Source: Lytechinus pictus (lineage: Eukaryota). From it: DNA of 64,000 nucleotides. Shown here in pieces: positions 52,501 to 61,577 of the stretch. The first letter of the stretch is position 1. The number at the start of each line of letters is the position of its first letter. The notes beneath the pieces are model-generated. The model had not been told where the DNA came from, ran no database searches, and saw only the letters and a program-made list of their open reading frames with translations. The stretch lies in assembly GCF_037042905.1 (NCBI RefSeq), contig NC_087251.1, positions 40,922,001 to 40,986,000 on the forward strand. The letters run 5' to 3'. A program made the translations under genes and the position numbers.

Positions 52501-55500
52501 CAATGAAAGGATAATTTTCATCTTACTTCCTTGTTATTCATGATAGAGGTAATGATTTATAATTAAAAATTTATTTTATTTCAAGTTCCAATAATAAAAA
52601 TTACAAAGCAATGCAAAATATCATGCGACTAGAAAAAAAAGATGATGTACCAGGTAAGTCAATGAAATTTATTGTATGTTCATATTCCCTATTTCTCGTT
52701 TAATAACAAAATAATATTTTTTCTAAACAACTTTTCACCATATGATTAAAATTGTTTTTCTCTGTGAATGAGTTGTCTAGTGGCATTCCATGAGAATTTT
52801 CTAGTGGCACTCCAAAGTTAGCCCTAGTTTTAACGAAACCATTTTTAAAAATGAGAATACCACCCCTGGTGTTAAAACAATTTGTATATATCCAGGTGTG
52901 AATTTCTAGTTAAGATTATGTACTATTACTGCTACTTGATAATTTCCTTTTTGTTGTAGAATCAAAGAGATGAGTCATATCAGGAAGTCTTGCCTGGAGG
53001 ATTCCTTGAAGTTCTTTCAGTTTATGAGAGACAGTGAAGAGGAAGAGTCTTGGTTGATGGAGAAACAGCGCATAGCCAAGTCAGCCGTAACTGGACGTGA
53101 TCTACGCAGTGTGCTTAGTATGAAACAGAAACATGCAGTGAGTACAACTTCATGTAACCAAATTTATCAAAGAAAGAGATGAATACTTATCTTTTTATGG
53201 TGATTGGATTAGCATTGATAATTATTTTGTGATATTTAAAAGTAAAGTATATTAGTCTGTTATAGTGCAACATTGAGTGTTGATTTAAACTACAGAACAT
53301 GGATCATTTAAGCCTGTATTATAATGAATTTGCTTAATATATCAAAGTACATACATAAGTCATTTGTGCTCAGTTTACTCCTCTAAATACAGTGTTACTT
53401 TTTAATAGAATTTATGTATTTAGAGTTTAAGAGTAGCTTTAAAGAATCTTGAGTATCTAAGAGTAGTGAGATTAAAAATAGAAACCTTCCTTAACCATGT
53501 TCTTGCTTTCTCAGGTGCTTGAAGCAGAAGTAATGGCCAGACAACGGACGGTCCAAGGAGTACTGGACACCGGTCAAGAGTTAATTGATACCGGTCATCC
53601 ATCTAAGCGTAAGATCAAGACACGGATGGAGAGCGTTGGAGAGAAGATGGAGCATTTGAAGGAGTATGCAGAAGGAAGGAAGCTCAGGCTACAGATGGCT
53701 GTACAATCTCATGAGGTAGGTCACCTAGACCGCTTTACACAAAGAACTGTAATTGATAGAAGATATCAAACAGTGATTAAGGGATTTCAGATGGCTGTAC
53801 AATCTCATCAGGTAGGTCACCTAGACCGCTTTACACAAAGAACTGTAATTGATTGAAGATATCAAACAGTGATTAAGGGACTTCAGATGGCTGTACAAAC
53901 TCATCAGGTAGGTCACCTAGTCCGCTTTACACAAAGAACTGTAATTGATTGAAGATATCAAACAATGATTAAGGGACTTCAGATGGCTGTACAATCTCAT
54001 CAGGTAGGTCACCTAGACCGTTTTACACAAAGAACTGTAATTGATTGAAGATATCAAACAGTGATTAAGGGACTTCAGATGGCTGTACAATCTCATCAGG
54101 TAGGTCACCTAGACCGTTTTACACAAAGAACTGTAATTGATAGAAGATATCAAACAGTGATTAAGGGACTTCAGATGGCTGTACATTCTCATCAGGTAGG
54201 TCACCTAGACCGCTTTACACAACAAACTGTAATTGATTGAAGATATCAAACAATGATTAAGGGACTTCAGATGGCTGTACAATCCCATCAAGTAGGTCAC
54301 CTAGACCGCTTTACTCAAAGAACTGTAATTGATTGAAGATATCAAACAATGATTCAGGGACTACAAATGGCTGTACAATCTCATCAGGTAGGTCACCTAG
54401 ACCGCTTTACACAAAGAATTGTAATTGATTGAAGATATCAAACAATGATTAAGGGACTTCAGATGGCTGTCCAATCTCATCAGGTAGGTCACCTAGACCG
54501 CTTTACACAAAGAACTGTAATTGATTGAAGATATCAAACAATGATTAAGGGACTTCAGATGGCTGTACAAACTCATCAGGTAGGTCACCTAGACCGCTTT
54601 ACACAAAGAACTGTAATTGATTGAAGATATCAAACAATGATTAAGGGACTTCAGATGGCTGTACAAACTCATCAGGTAGGTCACCTAGACCGCTTTACAC
54701 AAAGAACTGTAATTGATTGAAGATATCAAACAATGATTAAGGGACTTCAGATGGCTGTACAATCTCATCAGGTAGGTCACCTAGACTGCTTTACACAAGG
54801 AAACTGTAATTGATTGAAGATATCAAACAATGATTAAGGGACTTCAGATGGCTGTACAATCTCATCAGGTAGGTCACCTAGACTGCTTTACACAAGGAAA
54901 CTGTAATTGATTGAAGATATCAAACAATTATTAAGGGACTTCAGATGGCTGTACAATCTCATCAGGTAGGTCACCTAGACTGCTTTACACAAAGAACTGT
55001 AATTGATTGAAGATATCAAACAATGATTAAGGGACTTCAGATGGCTGTCCAATCTCATCAGGTAGGTCACCTAGACCGCTTTACACAAAGAACTGTAATT
55101 GATTGAAGATATCAAACAATGATTAAGGGACTTCAGATGGCTGTACAAACTCATCAGGTAGGTCACCTAGACCGCTTTACACAAAGAACTGTAATTGATT
55201 GAAGATATCAAACAATGATTAAGGGACTTCAGATGGCTGTACAAACTCATCAGGTAGGTCACCTAGACCGCTTTACACAAAGAACTGTAATTGATTGAAG
55301 ATATCAAACAATGATTAAGGGACTTCAGATGGCTGTACAATCTCATCAGGTAGGTCACCTAGACTGCTTTACACAAGGAAACTGTAATTGATTGAAGATA
55401 TCAAACAATGATTAAGGGACTTCAGATGGCTGTACAATCTCATCAGGTAGGTCACCTAGACTGCTTTACACAAGGAAACTGTAATTGATTGAAGATATCA

Positions 55501-58500
55501 AACAATTATTAAGGGACTTCAGATGGCTGTACAATCTCATCAGGTAGGTCACCTAGACTGCTTTACACAAAGAACTGTAATTGATTGCAGATATCAAACA
55601 ATGATTAAGGGACTTCAGATGGCTGTACAATCTCTTCATATAGGTCAACTTTGCCCTATCCATGACACAAAGAATTATCAAACAAGGATCAATATTTTTT
55701 ATGATGGTTTTCTTAGTAAACAACCAAACAACTGTTTTTTGCCTTATGGTGATGATCTTGATTGGTCATTTCCATTTTATGATTGATATCGATGCTACAT
55801 GGCCCTGGGTCCTGTTGAATAACAGTTACTATTATGGTAGTGTTGGAATCGATTGGTAACTACGATCATCAGCCAATCAAAATCAAGGATTCCATTAAAG
55901 ATACCATTGGATGGTAAAGTTGCTATTATAGTAAATTTTATGCAAAGGATCTTGTCAAGATTAGGGTAGTGACTATCATTCTTATTCTATCTCATTCAAA
56001 AATGAGAACCAAAATTCTTTAAACATGGTTATTGTCAAAAACTTTTTGCAAACAATATTTTTTCATCACTTGTACAAGGCAATAGATGAAATACATTATA
56101 GGTTATTTTCGCATTATAGGGGGTCTAGAATGTAAGGTTATACACCGCTATTTTAATTGTCAAAGATGCTTTCCTGTTATATTTCTACATTATTTAAATT
56201 TAAAGTTTCACTCACGACTAGTGATTCTTTCATATTGATGACAATTTTGCCTCATCCAACATTTATCATGAAATATTTCCTGAAGCATTCTTTTTTTTTT
56301 CCTATATTACTTTTTTTTTAAATGATCAATTGTATACCTGGTTTAAAGATAAATACCAGTTGCGGTAACAATCCCAAAATGAGTTCAAACAGAATTTAAT
56401 AAAATTACCACCCAAGTATTTGTATGTATAAGTAAAAAAATATATGTGCCAAAATGGCTGTGGAAGAAAATGTGTAATTTCTTAGAAATGAGCAAAATAA
56501 GCACAGAGTCCCATCGAATGTTGGGTATTTTCCCCAAGAAATATTAATACACTGTCCCATATATTCTTTTCTGTGTTAGTGATCAACAGAATTATCGGTT
56601 TTGAGCTAAGATTTCATGATTTCACAAAGTTTGCATTAATGTTCCAGTTCTACATATATGATAATATGGTGACAATTAACCTTGATTTAAAAGACTTTCT
56701 CATGAAATAATTGTTTGCTGCAAGTACTTTCTTTTTTATACCTTTGATATTTAGTACTACATTGATGCTAATGAAGCTGAATCGTGGATGAGAGAGAAGA
56801 TGCCATTGGTCTGCAGTGATGACTATGGGAAGGATGCGGATTCAGCTAAGACTATGCTGCAGAAGCACACAATACTGCATGAAGAGATACAGGCTTATGA
56901 GAATGAGGTGGTACAACTCAGAGAAAATGGAGAGAAGATGATGACCACCATCAAATCTAATCAAGTAAGTTGAAGATGAGGATCCAGGGCCCTGTTCAGA
57001 AATTATTATAATGAAACGGAACACAAAAAATTGAACCACTGTATTTGCACTTGAATCTTTTACTTGCATTCAAACCCTTGTATCTTTTTGCATTGGGCCC
57101 TGATGTAGCGGAAGATGCATGAAGAAAGGCTGAAATATAAACTGGCATTACGGTATTGGAGCACTAATGAGCTTTCAGAATACCACCCCTTGTCAGGTTG
57201 GTTTATGTGGGTTGGAACAAAGCCTTGAAAGTGGTGGGGGACAAATTCCTATAATCCAGCAGTATGAGGAACTTAAAGAATTGATTCAGTGGTCCTGGAT
57301 TTATGCGCAGCGTCATGCCTTGCCAATGATGACATTAAAAATGGGCATTTTGATTTGAACTAATAGGCCTGTATTCTGAAGTCGGGTTTAACTTAAACTC
57401 AGGTTTAAAGTTGCGGTTAAAGTATGGATAGCCAATTGTTACATAAATCACTAACAGTAGAGATATAATATTCCACCTCATTTGGCTCTCAAATCCTTAA
57501 CTGTGTAGGAAGTATGAAAAGATGATTGTCTTCACCATCGATGAATCAGGAATGAGTACAGTAAACATAAGAAACATACAACTTCAAGCGCCATGAGCGC
57601 CCAGCTGAGGCGGATACCGGCGCTATACAAGAACCCATCATCATCATCAACTTAATACAAATTTTGACACTTTTGGCTTCCCGTAAGTTTAGCACAGAGT
57701 TAGACCATGGTCTAAGTTAAACCTGACTTCAGAATACGGGCCATTGTGTCTGATTGATATGCTTCTGCAAAAACCCAAGCACAAATACGCACACATACAT
57801 GAATTAGCGATTTGATTTTAATGACAGGTCGGTATGATATTGTACATTGTTCCTTTCAACAGACAAAGATGCAAGGGAGATCATCACCCCTGATGGATGA
57901 GGAATCCTTTACAACGGAGACGGTCGATGTTTCTTATGAGGTGGAGGAGGAAGAGACCGTTGAACGAGAGGTCATCAAGGAAGTGATTGAAGAGAGGAAG
58001 TATCCTCAGGTCAAAGCCTTGTATAACTACAAAGGAGAAGACATGAAGATAGCCAAGGGAGAGGTGAGAATGATTTATATTACATAGGTTATGTAGATTC
58101 GAATCAGTGATAGGTCAATACGCCATCACGTGACCATAGCTGCGAGGATCGCATTTGTTATATTCTAGGTTTTGACGTCACCTCAGTGAATATAACTGCG
58201 TTGTATTGTCATTTGCGGCGTTATATTCACTAAGGTGACGTCACTCGCTGCTTACAAGTTGCGTAATCAGGTAGTTTATTAGATGTACACGCTAGTGTTA
58301 ATGCGTCGATTGCATGAAGAACGCGCTTGATTTAATTTCCAAAATTTGTCCATTATGACGTAAATGGATCAGAGCTGCAGCGAGAATTTCAAGTTAATCA
58401 GAGAGCCAGATGATGGATGTAATCTCTGATGGCGAATCTACATAGACTATATAATATAACAGATATTGCTTGGTCTATCTTTTTGATAAATAAAATTTCT

Positions 58501-61500
58501 ACTCCCCTCCGAAGCTATATTATTCCCTCGGGAGAATATTTTCCCTCAGCTCTCGGGCAAAATATAGTCCCTTGGGTAAAATATAACTCCGTTGGGGAGA
58601 GGAAATGTTTTATTCAAACTCTAGGTAGGCAATATCTGTATAATATCCACTTGGATTACTTCTCAGGTAGTCTAATACCACATGGACTGGACTCTTTTGG
58701 CCAGGTCTACTTTCAATTTGGTCTACTTGCCGTTTTGTCTTCCGTGCACCAATTCTCATTGGCCCGTATTCTGGACTCGGGTTCTAATTAAACTCTGGTT
58801 TAAAGTTGTTTAAAGACCATGGTCTAATTTAAACGTGACTTCAGAATACAGGCCATTGAGTCTTCTACTCAACTTGTTGAATTTCCACTTTGTTCGCTGA
58901 CTCAGTTAATAAACAGTTCACCTAACCATGGAGACAAAGTGGTGTCAGTCTGTCAGATCAAGCAGATATTAGGAAAAATGTTTTTTTAACTGGAAATTAG
59001 ACTGGTGATTGGGAATTAGATTAAATGATCAGTAGAAGAACTGGATATAGACGATCTAGGAGGAGACCATGTGCGATTGACCAAGGGAAAGTAGATATAG
59101 TAAGTGTAGAACAATCATCAATTCAGTCTGAGACCTACAGTTGATTGGACATTGTCGTGCAGGTATCATACAGTTAGTTCCTTGCTTCAGACTTCCTCAA
59201 TCATCAGTTTTGGATTCATATCATTCTTTTACCTACTTCCCTCATTCCCAGATACATCATGCCATCTGATCTCTCATCAATGATTGAGGAGAGAAGGAAA
59301 ATTGTTAAAATTCATCTCTGCTGTGTTTAAAGTTAGACAGGAAATTGATTTTGCCATGAGGTATATTCCTATCTATATGACAGCTGTATGCCTGTATGGG
59401 AGGCATGTCTGTACTTTAGCAGGTGTTATTTCTTGCAATTACCCACAAACCAAATCGAGGCCATGCACAGTAGGGCAGTGCATTTTGTTACAGGTGACTA
59501 CTTCACGTTTAGCAATGTCTTTACCTTGAAGGAAAACCTTGACTTGGAACCACTGCATCTATGCCATAAACTTAGCAGCTTAACAACAGTTTTGGAGGCA
59601 CATGGGAGTCTTCTATCCATCCCAGTATAAGAAGTCCTGTATCCGGTCTAAAAATGCCTCCAGAAATCTTCCTCCTTAAACTGCATTCCAATCTCCTTCA
59701 ACAAATACTGCTAAAATTATTCATTCATACTATCAACCAGACCTCTCAACCATTCTGAATTTGGGGGACAAAGAAAATTCTTGACAATTTTTGTGCTCTT
59801 CTTTCATTAAGATTTTTCGATATAAAAGAAAACATTTTACTGCCCAGCCATAAGGAACATAATGCTCCGCTTTTTTGAGCAAAATCCTCCCTTAAATCCC
59901 GAACCATCTAAATCAAGAACATTTAATAAAAAACAGTACTTAAAACCTTCAGAATGCAAAACAAAAACTAATGCACATCTTCTCTCCTTAAACCATGATT
60001 ATCGATGCACCTCCTGCCGAGATGGCTCCAACCCTGAGTCGGTAATCAGTACCCAAGAAGAAAAGTATCTATGAAACTGTCATGTCTGCTTCCGAGATGG
60101 ATGTCTCCTGAGGTATACTTCTCTCTTTTTCTGTAGATAATGATCTTGATTGAGAAGAGCAACACTGATTGGTGGAGTGTGAGGAGAGGAAACGCCCAAG
60201 AGGGCTTCATCCCAGCAAACTATGTCAAAGAGGTCACTCCAAAGGTTGTGAAGAAGAAGGTCAAGAGAAAGGTCAAAGTTCCCGAGAAGGTCATGGTGAA
60301 GAAGACAAAGATCAGACAGGAGATAATCAAGAAGAAGAAACCAAAGGATAGGAAGAGTGTGCTATCAAGGTCTGGCAGTGGTAAGGCTCTTGATTGTCTC
60401 TTCTACCCCATTAATGCATAAACACAAAACAACCCCTGAATACCTTTGCACTCTAATTCCCTAAATAAAGCTTCGGTCAATTACAAACCTTGATTAAGTA
60501 CATTCCTCAAGTATATTTTGAAGAAGATTATGCTAATTTCAAATATGGCAGCCACAAAACATGGATCTATTTATAAGCACATTCACGTTTATGTTCTTGT
60601 AGAATCCTCTATGCAGAATGTATATATTTCCTGATTTCTGTTGTAAATGTGTATTCTTGTAGAGTTGTATGTGAAGCATGTATGCATTGATTTGTTTTAT
60701 GCTCTAGAAATATCAGTTTATTATTATTTAATGTTTTTATAATCATTGATGTGAGTATGGTTATGATGTACATGTAAGAGAGAAATACTACTTTCTCATG
60801 TTACAATAAACTAATATGGATTGTTATCAATGAATTCATTGACTTTTAAACTCCTTTCTGTGAATCAAAGCAGAAATGAATTTTGTAATGTTTTGTTAAT
60901 CAAATGTGTCTGAGGGGAACCTGCATTGAACAAGGCATACCAGTTTTCAGTCTAAGGGGATGTTGCAATTTTACAATTGATTGATCAATTACAGCTTTAG
61001 CAGATCAGATTACACTCCTTGTCGCAAGAAGCAGATCAGCTCCCAATCTCAAATTTGCAATTAATTGCAAGAATTGTGATCGATTTAAGGACTGATAAGA
61101 GACTTGAGATTGGTTACAGGTTTCTTGCACCCCCCCCCCTATAATTCTCAATCTACGCCTTGACAGTGGATTTGCAGACCTTATAATCATAGCCACAGTA
61201 GATCATGATCTATTGTGGATGAAATCCTTGATCCCCGATATATGATAACTTAACTTGACTTTAAAGCTCTCATTGGTATTCAAATATTTGATAAAAGTTA
61301 ACTTGGCTATTCAATTTGAGAGCATTTTTTATTATTAAATAATTAATGGATAGGATTCCCCTAAAGCTTATCCCATTACATTTATTTTCATGTAGTCAGG
61401 AGACAGAGCCATCATTTTGATGAAGACAACATTGAGTTAAGACTAGCCTCCATCAACGGCACATACAAGAGACTACGCAAACTGAGTGAGGCTAGGTCTA

Positions 61501-61577
61501 GGTACTTGGAGGATGCCATCAAATTGTTCACATTCTACCATGATTGTGATGAATTCCAAGATTGGATGAGGGAGAAG
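33307..61577 (+). CDS. SPTBN5: beta-heavy spectrin (betaH/karst/SMA-1, SPTBN5 family), 5' portion, 18 coding exons, continues beyond the window
   Basis: 18 GT-AG exons join in phase (2991 nt, 997 codons). CH1 ([43 protein letters not shown]), CH2 ([40 protein letters not shown]), then spectrin repeats with an SH3 inserted in an early repeat, which is characteristic of betaH. An in-frame TAA lies just upstream of the ATG. Confidence 0.92.
33545..33662. repeat. (CAT)n degenerate microsatellite
   Basis: Direct inspection. Confidence 0.85.
34111..34421. mobile_element. Harbinger-like MITE
   Basis: ~65-bp TIRs GGGCCGATTGCACGAAAGGG, TSD ctg. Confidence 0.8.
34511..34678 (+). CDS. SPTBN5: betaH-spectrin coding exon 2 (CH1)
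   Basis: ttgcag acceptor, AAG|gttagt donor; [16 protein letters not shown]. Confidence 0.92.
36931..37760. mobile_element. degenerate piggyBac-like non-autonomous element
   Basis: TTAA CCCTAA ... TTAGGG TTTAA termini. Confidence 0.45.
39527..39643 (+). CDS. SPTBN5: betaH-spectrin coding exon 3 (CH1 end)
   Basis: [39 protein letters not shown]; ttacag / gtaagt. Confidence 0.92.
40676..40746 (+). CDS. SPTBN5: betaH-spectrin coding exon 4
   Basis: [24 protein letters not shown]; aatag / gtaaat. Confidence 0.9.
41560..42050 (+). mobile_element. tRNA-derived SINE interrupted by a Harbinger-like MITE (41574-41741, TSD ctg)
   Basis: A-box TGGTGTACTGG is split by the MITE; B-box GAGTTCAAATCC; core TCCACCCAGCTGCTAAATGGGTAC. 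Confidence 0.65.
42094..42174 (+). CDS. SPTBN5: betaH-spectrin coding exon 5 (CH2)
   Basis: [26 protein letters not shown]; tttag / gtaaag. Confidence 0.92.
42887..43002 (+). CDS. SPTBN5: betaH-spectrin coding exon 6 (CH2)
   Basis: [38 protein letters not shown]; ctacag / gtaatc. Confidence 0.92.
43829..43941 (+). CDS. SPTBN5: betaH-spectrin coding exon 7
   Basis: [26 protein letters not shown]...GKRIAK; tcacag / gtatac. Confidence 0.92.
44045..44888 (+). mobile_element. Helentron-associated (HINE/DINE-like) element with internal ~162-bp tandem repeats
   Basis: T-run start, subTIRs GTCTCGCCTGCAT / ATGCAGGCGAGAC, 3' end CTTGTT; related copies at ~35710-38495 (interrupted) and ~32810-32964. 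Confidence 0.6.
45300..45487 (+). CDS. SPTBN5: betaH-spectrin coding exon 8 (spectrin repeat 1)
   Basis: [27 protein letters not shown]...[11 protein letters not shown]; atatag / gtaagt. Confidence 0.88.
45570..46330 (-). mobile_element. degenerate LINE 3' end
   Basis: (ATTCA)n-like tail and a decayed ORF2 C-terminus. Confidence 0.45.
46362..46920. repeat. (CAT)n-type degenerate microsatellite
   Basis: Direct inspection; source of the poly-Met/poly-Ile ORFs. Confidence 0.95.
46998..47223 (+). CDS. SPTBN5: betaH-spectrin coding exon 9
   Basis: [12 protein letters not shown]...[24 protein letters not shown]...FERK; gatag / gtaggg. Confidence 0.92.
47320..47832. mobile_element. Kolobok-like MITE, complete
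   Basis: TTAA|AGGTCAATTCCACCCC...GGGGTGGGCTTGTCCT|TTAA, long imperfect TIRs. Confidence 0.8.
48010..48288 (-). mobile_element. tRNA-derived SINE
   Basis: A-box TGGCCCAGTGG, B-box GGTTCGAATCC, core CAACCCAGGTGAGGTGAATGGGTACC, (ATT)n tail. Confidence 0.75.
49091..49225 (+). CDS. SPTBN5: betaH-spectrin coding exon 10
   Basis: [11 protein letters not shown]...[13 protein letters not shown]; tgtcag / gtaagt. Confidence 0.9.
49341..49826. mobile_element. Harbinger-like MITE with CTTAACCCC subterminal repeats
   Basis: TATGCTTTTCTCACTGCA / TGCAGTGTGAGAAGCATA termini, TSD tta. Confidence 0.7.
49849..50422. mobile_element. Kolobok-like MITE (second family), complete
   Basis: TTAA|AGGAGAATGAAAC...GTTTCATTCTCCT|TTAA; same family as 9445-10554. 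Confidence 0.8.
50757..50978 (+). CDS. SPTBN5: betaH-spectrin coding exon 11
   Basis: [14 protein letters not shown]...[13 protein letters not shown]...MEEIQ; atatag / gtatgt. Confidence 0.9.
51506..51911. mobile_element. MITE with ~55-bp TIRs
   Basis: ttcgatggattcacaatatgg...ccatattgtgaatccaccgaa. Confidence 0.65.
51995..52203 (+). CDS. SPTBN5: betaH-spectrin coding exon 12
   Basis: [29 protein letters not shown]...; ttccag / gtaaga. Confidence 0.9.
52960..53137 (+). CDS. SPTBN5: betaH-spectrin coding exon 13
   Basis: ...[24 protein letters not shown]...[15 protein letters not shown]; ttgtag / gtgagt. Confidence 0.92.
53515..53715 (+). CDS. SPTBN5: betaH-spectrin coding exon 14
   Basis: VLEAEVMAR...[10 protein letters not shown]...[13 protein letters not shown]; tctcag / gtaggt; its 3' end seeds the downstream tandem array. 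Confidence 0.9.
53689..55648 (+). repeat. 96-bp tandem array (~20.4 units) derived from the spectrin exon 14 3' end plus its donor
   Basis: Unit cttcagATGGCTGTACAATCTCATCAGgtaggtcacctagaccgctttacacaaagaactgtaattgattgaagatatcaaacaatgattaaggga; donors at 53716, 53812 ... 55544. Confidence 0.97.
56755..56964 (+). CDS. SPTBN5: betaH-spectrin coding exon 15
   Basis: [31 protein letters not shown]...; atttag / gtaagt. Confidence 0.93.
57863..58063 (+). CDS. SPTBN5: betaH-spectrin coding exon 16 (acidic linker + SH3 N-half)
   Basis: ...[20 protein letters not shown]; caacag / gtgaga. Confidence 0.9.
59150..59750 (+). mobile_element. degenerate LINE RT C-terminal fragment
   Basis: [16 protein letters not shown]...L..LDLEPL motif. 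Confidence 0.5.
60137..60380 (+). CDS. SPTBN5: betaH-spectrin coding exon 17 (SH3 C-half + basic linker)
   Basis: [32 protein letters not shown]; ctgtag / gtaagg. Confidence 0.92.
61396..61577 (+). CDS. SPTBN5: betaH-spectrin coding exon 18
   Basis: ...[38 protein letters not shown]; atgtag / gttagt. Confidence 0.9.

Noticed and set aside
53689..55648. CRISPR-like regularly spaced repeats
   Set aside because: The whole 96-bp unit is repeated with no unique spacers, it derives from a host exon-intron junction, and there are no cas genes.
33307..61577. Conventional beta-spectrin, alpha-actinin or dystrophin identity
   Set aside because: An SH3 inserted in an early spectrin repeat after CH1-CH2 fits betaH-spectrin rather than those families.
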